Positions 13,336 through 26,666 are shown, counted from the stretch's first letter. The stretch: DNA of 64,000 nt from Octopus sinensis (GCF_006345805.1 NC_043000.1:100440001-100504000), one strand, 5' to 3'. Made by a program: numbers and translations. Notes: generated by a model from the sequence alone, not told the origin.

Positions 13336-13777
13336 GAGACGAGACTACATATAAAGAGAGCGAATGGGGAGAGACAGACATACATACAGTCTTAAACAAC
13401 ACAAGTCCATAAATGTGACAAAAAACTCGGCGTCTGTGTCTACTCTGATGTAATTTTGTTATACGAGCTGCAAGGAACACCAATCATAGCGAACTGTCAC
13501 AATGCATTCAGTTTGCAAAGAACACTTGGAAATTGTTATTTTATGATGGTATAACATTCGGAAGACTGTCACTATGAGTTAATCTGTAACAATTTCATTA
13601 TTTCCATTCCTGTGATGTGTTAAAACATAATATTACCTTCATATTATTCTGGTAATACTTATAGTAAATCTGTCAGTATCTTAGTTTGCTTGCAAAAATA
13701 ATTACAGAGCTACTTGCTTTTTTCTTCTTTCTGTCTGTGTCTCTGGAGCATTTTGTTTTCCTATCTCACCCTGTCAA

Positions 13778-14137
<360 letters not shown>

Positions 14138-15262
14138 ATTTTTGATACAAGGTGGACTGAACAGGCTTTAATCCAAACCACAACAATTGTTTCTGTGCAT
14201 TAGCAACAACAGTTAGTTGCTAATTGTTTCACATATACATATTATATAAACATTATCATTGAATAATATTCGTAAGGTTGCAGTTTACTCACACGCAGCA
14301 TCATTCAGAGCTTGTCGCTAATCCAGTTCTTAACCAAATAGAAAACCGTTAACATTTTTGAAGAGGACTAGTCTCTAATTACATTTTGGCATGCAAAAAT
14401 TGAAATTTGGTCCGGTAGAAAAAGTTCACATCAAAATTTGTAGCGACGTTAATGATAGAAGAAAGCGTGAAGAATTTTATAGTTTTGTATCAAAAACGTT
14501 GTGAGGTAAAATATCATGAAGACAAATATAAATAAGGCAACAAATTGGATTTACGTATAATTAACTTTTTTTTATTTTAAAAACAAACTACATTTTGATT
14601 AAGCTTAAATTATAGAGCTCAATTCGAGGAATTTCATGGTATCAATCTCATGCAATGAAGTTTTAAAAAGACGAAAGTTACGAGTGTTTGTTTCTCAAAT
14701 TTGAGGCTGATAATATAGTTCTATACTTATGTCACCGGCATCATTGAGGTAAGGAAAAATTATCAGCGACACCGCTAATTGACACATTTGACGCATTATT
14801 ATTAGCATAATAGCATAGCCTGGGAAAACATGGATTACATGGGAAAATTGCGAGCAAGTGAAATAATATTCTTAAGATAATAAATCTAGAAAAAGTTATT
14901 ACACTTGGACAAGTTATTACGTCTGGTACAGAACAAGAAATGTTTTACTTAAAATATTGCAGCTAAGTATAAAATATGAATATTAAAAATTACTTGATTT
15001 TAATTTACCAAGTAACATTATAATTAAAAAAGTACCATCATTTTCTTAAAATATCGATACACCAGAATACTTAAAATATGAGAGCAAGATGTACCCATAT
15101 AACCGAAGTTTTATGCAAAGTAGAATAATGTATATGGTAGGCAAATTCAGTATCTAAAAAATAGGCATTGGGTCAAGACTAAAAATGTGAAGACTTGGCA
15201 ATAACTTAGGCAATAACTTAGGCAATAGCTCAAGCAAATTTTATTGTTAATTTGTTGTTATA

Positions 15263-16551
15263 CGAGGGGCGTTCAATAAGTAATGCCCCTGACCCACTTC
15301 CCATAGCAGTAGAGCAACGAAACTTGGCACAGTTATTAGTCTTTTTCTACATAGGAACCACTCAGAGTTACGCATTTCTCCCATTGTTTGATGCGGCTCT
15401 GGAGACCGTTTTTGTAGAAGAACCCAGCTTGGTCCTCCAACCTCAACGTGACTTCAGAAATCAAGGCTGCATCATCTGGGAAACGCTTTCCTTTCAAAAA
15501 CAACTTCATGATTGGGAAGAGGTGAAAATCAAAGGGTGCAAGGTCAGGAAAGTAGGGGGGATGGGGAGGAGTTCATAGCCATACGCCTGTGCTTCTGATC
15601 TGGCGACAAGCGAGTTGTGGACCAGAGCGTTGTCCTGCAGGAGGAGGATGCCTTTGCTGATCTTGCCCCGCCTCTTGATTTTGATAACTTCTCTTAATTT
15701 CCTCAAAAGTGAAGCATAATAGGCTCCTGCAATTGTGGTACCCTTTGCCAGGAAATCTGTCATCACCACTCCGTCCTGGTCTCAGAAGACTGAGCATGAC
15801 CTTGCCAGCGGAGGGCTGCACCCTTGCCTTCTTTGGAGGGGGTCAGTCACGGTCCTTCCACTGCATTGACTGGGCTTTGGTCTCTGGATCATCGTGATGG
15901 ACTCAGGTTTCATCCTGTGTAATCAGTCTTTTGAAAAATTTTGACTCATCTTCTTGGCACATCTCCAAATTCATCCTCGAGCACTCGACGCGTTCTTGCT
16001 TCTGGAAAGCCGTGAGCAACCTGGGAATCCATCTGGCAGACACCTTTTGTATATGCAAATGGTCATGAATGATAGTTTCCACAGACCCGGTACTAATCTT
16101 GACCTCATGGGCTATTTGGCGAATAATTATGCGTCGATCTTCCAAAATGGCAGCCTCAACTTGACGGACAGATGCCTCATCAATGGCAGAAGGGGGCGAC
16201 CAGGTCTGGGAGCTGTTTCCACAGAGTTCCGACCATGTTTGAATTCCCGATGCCAGCGTTTTACAAGGTCATATGATGGGGCATCATCACCATAAGTTAC
16301 TTTCATTTCATCAAAAGTCTCCCGTGGTGTGCGTCCTTTCAAATACAAAAACCGGATCACTGCTCGACACTCAACAGGCTCCATTTCACACTTGACTAGG
16401 TTCAAACACCTGTAAATCAGAAACCACAATTAAGTCAGAGCTGTAATTTGCCACTTACTCTATAGAGATATAAATAATTGCACATACAAAATGTCAGCTA
16501 TATCAAACAACTGCAAGTGGGTCAGAGGCATTACTTATTGAACGTCCCTCG
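15263..16551 (-). mobile_element. Full-length mariner (DD34D) transposon, 1289 bp
   Basis: About 37-bp TIRs CGAGGG(G/A)CGTTCAATAAGTAATGCC(C/T)CTGACCCACTT at both ends, flanked by TA at 15261-15262 and 16552-16553. Confidence 0.95.
15336..16384 (-). pseudogene. Frameshifted mariner transposase
   Basis: ATG at 16384 (MEPVECRAVIRFL..GRP), WIPRLL, LITQDET, QPSAGKVM, LLQDNA, a shifted HPPYSPDLAPSDF-type motif, TAA at 15336-15338; split over at least four frames. The WIPRLL motif suggests an irritans/Hsmar2-like subfamily. Confidence 0.9.
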
Positions 16552-17160
16552 TAGATAGATTTTACCGTAATATATAACTAATTTTTGTATTATTCAATTT
16601 AATGTACCAAGTATGTACTACTATTATTTTTATAACCTATTTTCAGATTTCTAATTATTAACTAATAATTAAAAAATGAATTTTTTAAAGTGCAAAAACA
16701 TCTTGAATTATTTTAAATTTTTAATAGAAGTAACAAGTAATAACAAATTGAAGTAATAACTTGTAAGAAAATTTTTAGTTTTAATAAAAGCTAATATTTT
16801 CTAAATCTAAATATTTTATTTGAAATTTTACCCTTAGCTGCAATATTTTAAGTAAAAATTTTCTTGTTCTCTACTTTACCAGATTTAATAACTTTTCCAA
16901 GTGTAATAACTTGTCCTGCATTTTTCCAGATTTATAATCTTAAGAATATTATTTCTCTTGATGGCATTTTTCTATATAATATAAATATGATCCACCAGTA
17001 GATGTTTACTCACACTTCATCTGGTGAGTGGCTTTAGGGGCACTGCTGAATGACCTGTAGTTTCCTCATTGTTTTACCTCCATATTCTATTTTTAGTATT
17101 CCCTTGATGAAGAGCAACACGTAGATTCAAATAGGCACAAGTCATATGTGTGTATGTGTG

Positions 17161-17360
17161 AAGGCGCGTGGCCGAGTGATCACAGTGTCGCACTCATAAT
17201 CGCTAGATCATGGGTTCGATTTCCAGACTGGAAGGCACGTTGTGTTCTTGAGCAAAGCACTTCATTTCATGTTATTCCAGTCTCCCTTTCGATCAGGGGG
17301 AATGTTGGCCTGCTCGCTTAGCCAGCGAGGTGGCACTATTTGAAGGTTAAAACAATGCAA
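17161..17360 (+). mobile_element. tRNA-headed SINE family C, 5' part
   Basis: AGGCGCGTGGCCGAGTGATC (A-box-like), GGGTTCGATTTCC (B-box), then TTGTGTTCTTGAGCAAAGCACTT. Confidence 0.7.
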
Positions 17361-18289
17361 TATATATATGTATATTTACAGAGAAATGAAGTGTATTCCC
17401 ACGCAGAAAAGGATATAGGAGAGTTGGTTTTGGGGGTTGAAAATGCATCTGAGTTTTAAAACGAGTTGTAGCTTTTAAATTTTTGTCACAAATCGTTTAA
17501 ATTACGAAATCGCTCTCAACAACTTTTTGTTTATCAATGATAAATAAAAAGAAATGTTTAGAAGTGATTGAAGGCATTCGGAAAAAAACATGTTTAAAAA
17601 GAATCATATGTTCATACAAATTCTAAAATTCAATAAATTTTACAGAGAGGGACAATAATAAAAGTCCAAATGCTCGATGAATTTCATAATAGTTATACAA
17701 GATTGAAAGTTCAGTAACATAAAATTATATTAACCCTTAGATACGATGTAATTTTAAAGGAGCAGTAAGAAAAAAAGAAAGAAAGAAAATATTTTACAAT
17801 TTCTGTCGAAGTGCATGAAAAGGATTCTTCGTCGCTGGTTTTGCTGGTGAGAGCTTAAACTGTTTTAAGATAGAGATTCAAACTTTGAACGGCCATCAAT
17901 TTAATGACGTCACTTGTTTTTGTTCGCTTGTGGTCTAGAGATTTTTGCTCGGCTGTCTGTCTGAATATTCACTTGCTTTTTCATATGCTCTGGTCATATA
18001 CTTTACTTTTGCAGAAGTCCAGCGTTCTGGTTTGTTGACTTCCTGGTCATGTATTTTGTTCATCGATTGTTTTGATCAGTTGTTTTTGACTTGCAGAGAT
18101 CCAGTGCTTTGGTTGGTTGATTTTCTGCATACGTCATTTATGTTTGCCAAAGGTCTTGCCAACTTGTTTTGTCTGAATTTCGTGCAGCGTTCTGGTTGGC
18201 AGATTCCCTTCAGAAACAACTGGTCTCGATCAGCTGAATGTTTACTTCTTTGTTTCCCCGAGGGCCCAGTGTTGACCAGTAAAAGAATC

Positions 18290-18789
18290 TAATTGGTTAA
18301 GCCTAGTGTGACGTCAGTAACTGGTATTTGAGAAGGTACAAGGTGTAATTGCACAGTAGTTTGAAGTTAAGGTTTCTAGTCCCGAAGGCAGCTCGCTTCT
18401 TCAAATTTTGATGTATATTTGTTTCTAATCGTTGTTAGTGAATAAATGAAGTTTTCTCATCTTGAAGTGTTGTTATAAGGTGTTTAGTCGCGATTTATAT
18501 GTCTTAATAGGCACATCTTCCCTATCTCACTGGAATTGTATTGAAGTGTTTCCGGCATATTGATATAGAGGGAAAATTTGGTATTTTGGATGTTTGTGTG
18601 CGGGACAGAGATCTAGGTGTATACTTACGGGAAATATCCTACGTGTGGGGCCATGAACTTGTAATCTGTTGCCAGTGTACCTTCATCCTGTCTCATCGGA
18701 GTCAAGCTTGTTTGACTATGTAATCTCCACAACATCTAGAGGCTTTTGATCATATGTGTATTCGATCAAGCCTGACTTGTATCTAAAAC
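18290..18789 (-). mobile_element. Penelope-like element fragment: decayed GIY-YIG endonuclease C-terminus
   Basis: Manual minus-strand translation with frameshifts: ..RC.GDYI[G]QTSLT..DRMKVHWQQI..KHPKYQIFPLYQ..REDVPIKTYKSRLN, matching the PLE GIY-YIG pattern (YIGQT, R..H, E...I....LN). Its 5' side abuts the Gypsy LTR. Confidence 0.6.
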
Positions 18790-19075
18790 TGTTGTGGCGA
18801 GAGTCACGACACCCCCTGCGGGAATAGACTTGACCGAACTACTATAAATAGTAGTGGTCTGAGTGAGAGACATAAGGAAAGTAGGCGTTAATCGCTGGAA
18901 GTCGTAAGTTGTCGTTTTAGTAGTTTGACGGAATATCGTTTGTTGGTTCCTTTATAGTTCGTGGAGTGTTTGTTGGATTGTTACGTTGTTGTTACTCTGC
19001 TTCGTTATATATACTTATTGTTACTACACGGTTATAGTGTTAACAAGTATCGTCATTAGTAGTGGTGATACTACA
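18790..19075 (+). repeat. 5' LTR (286 bp)
   Basis: Begins TGTTGT, ends ACTACA, contains TATAAATA at about 18843, and is followed after 5 nt by a PBS. No second copy found in the window, so the 5' boundary is inferred. Confidence 0.7.
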
Positions 19076-19080
19076 ATAAT

Positions 19081-19121
19081 TGGCGACGAGTGATCACGTT
19101 CCAATAATTGGCGACGAGGAT
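19081..19121 (+). promoter_or_regulatory. Tandem primer-binding sites (tRNA-Ser(GCU)-type)
   Basis: TGGCGACGAG at 19081-19090 and TGGCGACGAGGAT at 19109-19121; complementary to the conserved ..ATCCTCGTCGCCA 3' end of metazoan tRNA-Ser(GCU) as I recall it. Confidence 0.8.
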
Positions 19122-22100
19122 TCGAAGCTCACGCAGGTCAGTTAACATATTTTTGTGATACAAAGTTGTTAATGACGGAAGACTTATTAGCTTCTGTAAT
19201 ACAGTTGCAAAAACAGTAGCAAGAACGGCAACAGGAGTTGCAGAAACAACTTCAACAACAAGATACACAAAAACAGTTAATGGAGCTATGTCTTAAGAAG
19301 ACCGGAAACACTATAAGTTCATTTTCACCAGATAGCATATCGAACTCGATAACAGAATCCAGTTATGACCTAGAGTAGGGTATAACGTTTGTGGCGTACT
19401 TTAGAAGGTACGAAAAAACCTTCAGGGAAGATTGCAAGTCATGGACTGACAATGAAAAAGAAAGACTATTATTACATAAATTAGCACCGGCTGAACATGA
19501 AAAATATTGAAATTTCATACCACCCCAAAAAACTAGTGAAATTAGTTTCCAGGAAACAGTCGAACTACTATCAAAAATATTCAGTGATAAGAATTCCTTA
19601 TTTAACACTCGATGGGACTGTTGGGATTTGAAGATTTTGTCACGTATGCGGGGACAGTAAATCTAATGTGCGAAAGATTTAAACTGAAGGAACTAACTCC
19701 TAATATGTTTAAGTGCCTCATTTTAATACAAGGGCTTACGGCAAACAAAGATGCGGAGATACATGCAAGAATTCTCACAAAACTTGAATAAGTGGACCAA
19801 AGTTTAACACTGCAGACAGTTGCATATGACTGTCAAAGAACGATAAACATATGTCAGGACGTAAAGAAAACTGAAGAGAAGGAGTTCTCACTAGTACAAG
19901 CGTGCCGACCAAGAACAAAAACAAAAAGTGTTTGGACCAAACCCATGCTACGGATGTGGGGGCCCTACATTTCAGGAAGGATTGTCCTTTCAAAACGCAA
20001 AATGTTACAGCTGATAAATTAGGCTTTGTAGGCGAAATGTGGTGTGATATCACATTTCGAGGAAAAACCTGTTGAGCAAAAGTCTTCGTAGTAAAAAAAA
20101 CGCAATCAGTCTGTTCGATAGGACCGGCTGGTTTTGTTTGACTTATAGGACCTCCCCATAAGTCTGTTCTGTAAAAAAATAAATAGCTGTTTCACCAGCG
20201 AAAATAACTCAGTCGCTGAATTGAAGAAAAAATTTAAAAACTTGCTTCTTGAAGTGCTGCCGGATAAATTAGGTCTCTGTTCTAAGACTGAGGCCTGTTT
20301 TCAAATAAAAGAAAACGTCGTACCTATATTCAAACCTAATAAAAAGTTACCATTTGCTGCGATAAAGCAGGTAGAGAAAGAATTTGACAGATTGGAGAAA
20401 TTGGGAATTATTCAATAAGCAGATTATTCTAAGTGAACAGCACCAACAGTGTGTATATTTTAAAAAAATCAAGGTATGTGCCGATTTTTCTACTGGCTTG
20501 AATGACTGTCTAAAAATGTGCCACTATCCACTGCCTACTCCGGAAGATATTTTTGCGATATCAAATGGAGGCAAAATATTTTCAAAACTAGATCTGTCTG
20601 ATGCGTATCTACAAATTAAAGTAGACGAGGAATGCTCGACGCTTCTAACACTGAATACGCACAGAGGACTATATAAATGTAATAGATTGCCATTTGGTCT
20701 GAAAGTCGCATCTGCAATATTTCAACAGGTTATGGATGCGATGCTGGCGGACTGTCAATTTGCAATTCCATACCTCGATGATGTATAAATGAAAAGCGAA
20801 TCTCGTGATCAGCATATCGAACATGTGAAGTGTGTTTCTCAAACAATGAGATATTACGGTTTCACACTCAGTGAGAAGAGTTGTGAATTCTTTTTTTCTA
20901 AAATAAAATATTTAGGACAAATTATTAGATAAAACGAAAGACGACCTGGCCCGTCGAGAGCAGAAGCAATTAAAAATATGCCACCCCTAATTAACATAGT
21001 GACATCACAAGCTTTTCTTGGCTTTGCAAACTATTATCAAAATTATACACCAAACATGTATGAATTGAGAGCTCTACTTTAAAATTTGCTAAAGAAAACG
21101 CCTGATGGAATTAGTCAAATAACTGTCAAAAGGCGTTTCATGATATTCAAAAATATTAATTTGGGATTTGTCGCTGGCTCATTTCGATTCTGCAGCAGAG
21201 ATTGTTGTAGCTTCTGACGTTTCTGAATACGGCACAGGAGTAGTTTTGCTACACAAATATAAGGACAGTAATATGAAGGCGGTGGTTCATGCCTCAGGTA
21301 CTCTGATTGCAGCAGAAAATAAAACTACAGTCAGATAGAGAAAGAAGCTCTAGCGGTTATTTTTGCCGTGAAGAAATTTCCCAGATTTTTCCACGGTAGA
21401 ATTTTCGGCTTCAGACGGACCACCGACCGTTACTATCAATTTTCGGATCGAAGAGAGGAATTCTTACCCATAGAGCTAACATATTACAACGGTTGGGGTA
21501 GAATATTGTTAAATTATAACTTTAAGATGAAATACATTCCTTCTAAGAAAACTAACCATGCAGATTGTTTATCTAGGCTAATTCTGAAAAATGTGGAACC
21601 GCATTACAATCAGGAAAGGAAATTAAAAACATTATGTGTAATGTCATTCATGCGATGCCAGTGACTGTACAAAATATAAAAACTAGATTAGCGGAGGATA
21701 AATACATCATAAAATTGGAGAACACCTTGAAAAATAAGTTTCATAGTGGACACCCGAGGATGTCAAGAATGAGAGCTTTGATGAGGAGTTATATGTATTG
21801 GCCGACAATGGGCCGGAACGTTGAAAATTTAGTAAAATCATGTAGAGGTTGTGCGCTAGCAGCCAAAGTACCACGGGTAGTCTGTGGTCCAGGGTACATA
21901 TAGACTACGCTGGACCAGTGAATGGTGCATACTACTTGATCATTGTTGACACCTTTACCAAGTGGCCGGAAGTATGTAGGTGCTGTCAAAATACCTCGAG
22001 AGCAACAATAAAATTCCTGCACGAACTTTTGTTTGATACGGTGTTCCGGACATCAAAGTTTCGGACAATGGAACACAATTTACAGGATGCGACTTCATGA

Positions 22101-22950
22101 AATTCTGCAAAATGCATGCAATCAAGCACGTTTACCCCTCCCTACCACCCGAGGTCAAATGGGCAAGCAGAACAATTCATAGATACTTTCTAGCGAGCGC
22201 TAAAAAGGCATGGAACGAGTTAGGAAATGACGAAGCGCTTACTAAATTCTGAAGGGTGTACAGAATAACGCCCAATCCGAATAACCAGTTCAGGTGAGTT
22301 GCCTGCGGAGCAAATGTTCGCTCGAAAGGGAAAGCGTATGGAGAAAATACGAAAACTTCAACCAAACATTTTGACGTCGGAGACAAATTCTATTTCAAAG
22401 TATACAAGAACGGTAAAGAGAATAAATAAAAACGTTAGCAAACAAGACACGTATTTATTTCTTTATGTATTCGTTCCTGTGACTGCATAAAAATTGATTA
22501 TGTGCAGAATAGTAGATAATTTAAATGATTTATATATTTTTGTTTCATACTACGCTGCCAGTATAACGTGATGAGCATGCGTACGATATTTTGCTCGCGA
22601 AATTGGATCAATGAAGCCAGTAAAAGGAGAGTTTATAACAGAGATGGTTGAGTTCAGAGGTCGAGGAAAGTATAGGTTTTAGCGTTTCGGGATTTTTTCA
22701 TTTGAGAATGAGAACCAAGGAAAATTGGGAGAAAGGTTCCGTAAAATCTTTTTCGAGAAAAGTTGTACAGAAGATTCCCAAATTGATTGTATGTACTCTG
22801 GAAAGGTAACTCCAGCATTGCCTCACAACAGCTGCACAACATGGGATACTGTAATCTACTGTTGACCTCTACAGCCAAAAAGACCTTGCTTTACCGTCAC
22901 AGATTGCAGCAGGATACATACATACATACATACATACATACATACATACA

Positions 22951-22982
<32 letters not shown>

Positions 22983-23169
22983 AGTATGTATGCATGTATG
23001 TATATTCTCTTCTGTAAGGAAGGAGATGGTTTCTGGCAAAGATACAGTTTCATTATTTGAATGTCAATAATAAAAACAAATCCACCTTTTGAATTTCAGA
23101 AAAGGCTAGCGTATTTTTACTGTTCTGCATACAGATTATATATACAATGTGCGAGTTAGCTGATTGATT

Positions 23170-23460
23170 TCTTACTTTTTTTGTAAGCCCCCAGTTTATC
23201 CAGGGGTGTCACTCACAAAACCAAGTGCACTAATTTTTATTGGTATGAATGTGAATTTATAATCTGTGTATGGAAGTTGAAGGATTCGGAACAGTTGCCC
23301 ATAGTTATTCTTTTTCTCTTTGATTCACAAAGAGGTATTCCCATCAACAGGGCAGCTGACCTTTATAATAGTACATATTTTGCCTTCTCTGTCCCAAACA
23401 ACATATCCTGCTTGTTATATTTGCATTTAGTAGACGTTTTGATGGTAATGTTCAATAGTA
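23170..23460 (-). mobile_element. RLE-type (R4/Dong-like) non-LTR retrotransposon 3' fragment
   Basis: Minus-strand translation with shifts: Y[W]NITIKTSTKCKYNKQD.VVWDREGKICTIIKVSCPVD..EKKNNYGQL..YTDYKFTFIPIKISALG, homologous to the 51131-51549 copy. Confidence 0.7.
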
Positions 23461-23559
23461 TGTGTGTATGTATGTATGTATGTATGTATGTATGTATGTA
23501 TGTATTACGTACCCTTTTACAGAACCAGTACAAATAAATATTATCCCATGTTCTAAAAT

Positions 23560-24330
23560 AATTCGGGAATTATATCAACCATACAAACGGAAGTATTGAA
23601 TTTAACGTTGGTTAGAGTTATTATATACCTGGGGATATGAACTCAGCACTGAAAGCTAACTTTACAGGTTTTCATTTTACTGTTCTTTAGTTTAACTCGG
23701 TAAATTATCTATACCCCATCGTTCCTATTAACACCTAGGTAGTAGTATAATCAGGAATCAAAACTATTTGGTGGTGAACGGTGTCAGTAATTATCCGATC
23801 AGTAGAAGAGTTTAGGAGAGATTTCGATAAACTTAAGTTTTGAGGATGATGGGGTCTAAAGTTTTAGGCCTGTTCATTATTTGATAGAGAGAGGAACGGA
23901 AAATGGGTGTTATCATTTGGGCTATCCAGTGTTTTACACTTTGAGAGTAAGAAACAGAAAAAAAGGCTTTAGGCAAGGGCTTTGTTGGTTTGCCTGTTAG
24001 GCTTCTGGAAAAGGGAACAGAGAAAAACTGGTATTGCTTATTGGGTCCTTGGCAACGACCTCACTCTTTGATTGTGAGAAACAGAGAAATGCGGGTTTGT
24101 GGATTGGACAATAGTTAAATAAAAAATTTACTTATCGTTTAAGCAACATATTTCTTTGTTCCTCGCTCTCAGATGAAGGGAAAGACCACAATAGTAGAGC
24201 TTGTCTTCATCTAGGACAATGAACCCATCCAACTTACTTATAAACCCTCCTATGACTAGGTTCACTGATCTCATTTCGAAATTTTCATCGCTCTTTCAAG
24301 TGTTTTTTTTCCTTTTTCTCATAGTTATGC
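23560..24330 (-). mobile_element. Possible highly decayed Penelope-like fragment (RT-to-endonuclease linker)
   Basis: Strand-skewed segment; the minus strand gives only short residues resembling the PLE linker (HFP.L, PIILK, KTCK). Weak. Confidence 0.3.
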
Positions 24331-24889
24331 TTGATCTGGATTAAGCTGGGTTAAACGGCAGTAGCAGCAGCAGCAGCAGTAGTAGCAGCAACAACAACAA
24401 CAGCAGCACAATAACAGTAGCAGTAGCAATGTCCACAACGACAACTACAATTACAGCATATTACAAATAGTAAATCTAAATGGGAAAAAGATAAATAGAT
24501 AAGAGAAGTTAGACATGTATACATACATACATAGAGACAGACAGACATACAGACAGATGGACAGACAGGCAGACAGACCGACAGGAAGACAGACGGGCAG
24601 ACAGACAAACACATAAATAGTCAGGCTGGTAAACAAACATGGCGATGAGCAAGTAAATAAGAGAAAATAAATCCAATATCAGTTTATGAAATTTGTTCGA
24701 TTTTAGATATTGTACAATATTAGATCTGTTATGCTGTTAACAAATCTTTCCTAACTCGTTATCTGGCCATCAGACAGGCTTTCTTCTAACTCTTAATGTT
24801 CTTCATTAATAATATTTGATATTTCATTTTGTTGTTTCGTTTCGTTTATTTTAGTTTTGCAAAAGAGTTCTGCTGTGAATCGTCTTCCT

Positions 24890-25800
24890 ATGAACTTGGT
24901 GTTGTTATAATACTATAATGATATAATACGGTAATGATGACGCTAGAAGCAGTCTATAAAGATGTCGTTATAATGCTGCAATCACATGAAGCTTGAATGC
25001 AATAATGATGACACTAGAATGCTATGATAATGATGTCGCAAAAATATTAAGACGGCATTGTACTGTTAGAAAGGTGACACTTTAATGTAACACTGATTGA
25101 GTGAATGCTATAAGAATGGCTCTATAATGCTATCATATGATAAGGATAATAATAGAATATCATAAACAGGACGTTACAACATGGCACTAGAATGCTATGG
25201 TGAAGAAAGTATAAAGCCAAAACGACGACGCTGTGATCCTATACGACACTGAGTATTAGTACTCTAGTCTTTCTTTCCTGTCATTTCCTCGGTACTGTAG
25301 TGAAAGGATTGGTAGGCCATAATGTGAAAGTTCCTTTCTTGGACCTTTAAAGTAGTTAATTCAGAAAGAGTCAGAGAAAAAAAGAGAAATGTTTTAATAT
25401 GACGAAGGCACCGCATTTATGCAATTATGTTACAACGATAATGCCGTAATGCCATAATCATGACGCTGTGATACAACAATGACGTTATCATGCTTCGATA
25501 CTTGTAGTACGTTGTAATACTATAATGATGACATCATAGTGCTATGATGATGACGTTAATGACATTCTGGTGTTATAACGACAACGTTATAATGCCGTAA
25601 TGACGATGTTATCATGCTATCAGGATGACGTGATAGTGCTTTGATGATGACGTTGATGAAACTATGACGTTATAATGCCGTAATGACAACGTCATCATGC
25701 TTTCATGACGTTGACATTTTATAATGATTACGACGTTTTAATGTTACAGTGATAACGCTATGATGTTATAATGATGGCCCCATAATGCCATGATGACATC
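24890..25800. repeat. Degenerate minisatellite built from ATGACG/ATGATG/TTATA words (roughly 11-nt unit)
   Basis: CGTTATAATGCCGTAATGAC occurs exactly at 25585-25604 and 25668-25687; ATAGTGCT(A/T)TGATGATGACGTT at 25536 and 25633. Confidence 0.7.
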
Positions 25801-25871
25801 AAAATCGATTGAAACTGAGACATGTTATGAGCACTTTCATCATTCTCATTTCTGCATGTGTGTCCATGTGC

Positions 25872-25914
<43 letters not shown>

Positions 25915-26564
25915 TATGTGTGCGCGCGCATATTCGTTCAGATTGTATATGTATGTATTTTATAAGTCCAACAAAAGAAGAAAGCAACGCTTATATATAT
26001 GAACTTTTCAGGTTTTCCCTCCGAAACAGGCAAGATATTGATATGGCCGATGTTCAGCCTGAACATTTTTATGCTAGTGTCTTGTGAATGACAAAATGCA
26101 TAAACAAAGAGGTGACCACGAGTTTGGTTCAAATTCATTTCACAAAGTGGGCACTGCTGAAGGCACCCGAGAACCTACTCATTCAGTTGCTTAACTTCAT
26201 CCCACTTTTCGTCGTCCTTGATACAGTAGACTTACAGTTAAAGGTATTCCAGCCATGATCATCCCGTCCGTACAGCGGGTATTCTCTAACCGGGACTACA
26301 TTTTCTGTTGTGCTTCTTCTTTTCTAAGACAGTAGATTATAATTGAGGGAGATTTGACTGCTGTTTCTTGCTAGTCGGCCAACTATAGTATTGACCCTTC
26401 CGTTGTTAAACCGGACAGGCAAGTGTTTATGTGAGTGTATAAATGTTGTTTATTCCCAGGTAAGTTATGATTAAACAAACCTATCGTTCAAAGAGATTCT
26501 AGCCATGATCCGTCTTTTACTCGGATTCAGTGTAACCCGCACTAAACTATCTAATGTGTTTTTT

Positions 26565-26666
26565 TTTACATTATTTACATTTGACGGATATTTGCCCTTA
26601 TCTTGTTTGTTGTGCTCACAACAAACAAGATGAGGACAAATATCCGTCAAATGTAAATAATGTAAA
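26565..26666. other. 50-bp near-perfect palindrome/hairpin
   Basis: Arms 26565-26614 and 26617-26666 are reverse complements except at two positions (one C.A, one U.G on the + strand). Confidence 0.9.

Larger units (their letters stand above)
14855..16960. mobile_element. Non-autonomous inverted-repeat (MITE/foldback-like) element hosting the mariner
   Basis: Arms at about 14855-14985 and 16815-16960 are inverted; TTTTACTTAAAATATTGCAGCTAAG (14943-14967) is the exact reverse complement of 16833-16857. Confidence 0.65.
18790..22420 (+). mobile_element. Decayed Ty3/Gypsy LTR retrotransposon (Mag clade), 3' LTR missing, protease region partly deleted
   Basis: Gag TFVAYFRRYE..W..EKERLLLHKL, knuckle CYGCG.LHFRKDC (CX2CX3HX4C); RT CADFSTGLN, YPLP, KLDLSDAY, LPFGL, YLDD; RNase H SQIEKEALA, TDH; integrase HSGH..YWP..CRGC, RVHIDYAGP, DTFTKWPEV, SNGQAE. 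Many stops and frameshifts. Confidence 0.92.

Noticed and set aside
22400-22900. Expected 3' LTR of the Gypsy element
   Set aside because: No match to 18790-19075 found by eye; the element is treated as 3'-truncated.
24165-24200. GCTCT-CAGATGA-AGGG..AGAGC hammerhead-like layout
   Set aside because: Stem I is present but GAAA is replaced by ACAA and there is no NUH triplet; too decayed to call. Similar weak words at 17101-17135, 18366-18409 (-) and 22681-22707 (-) were also not called.
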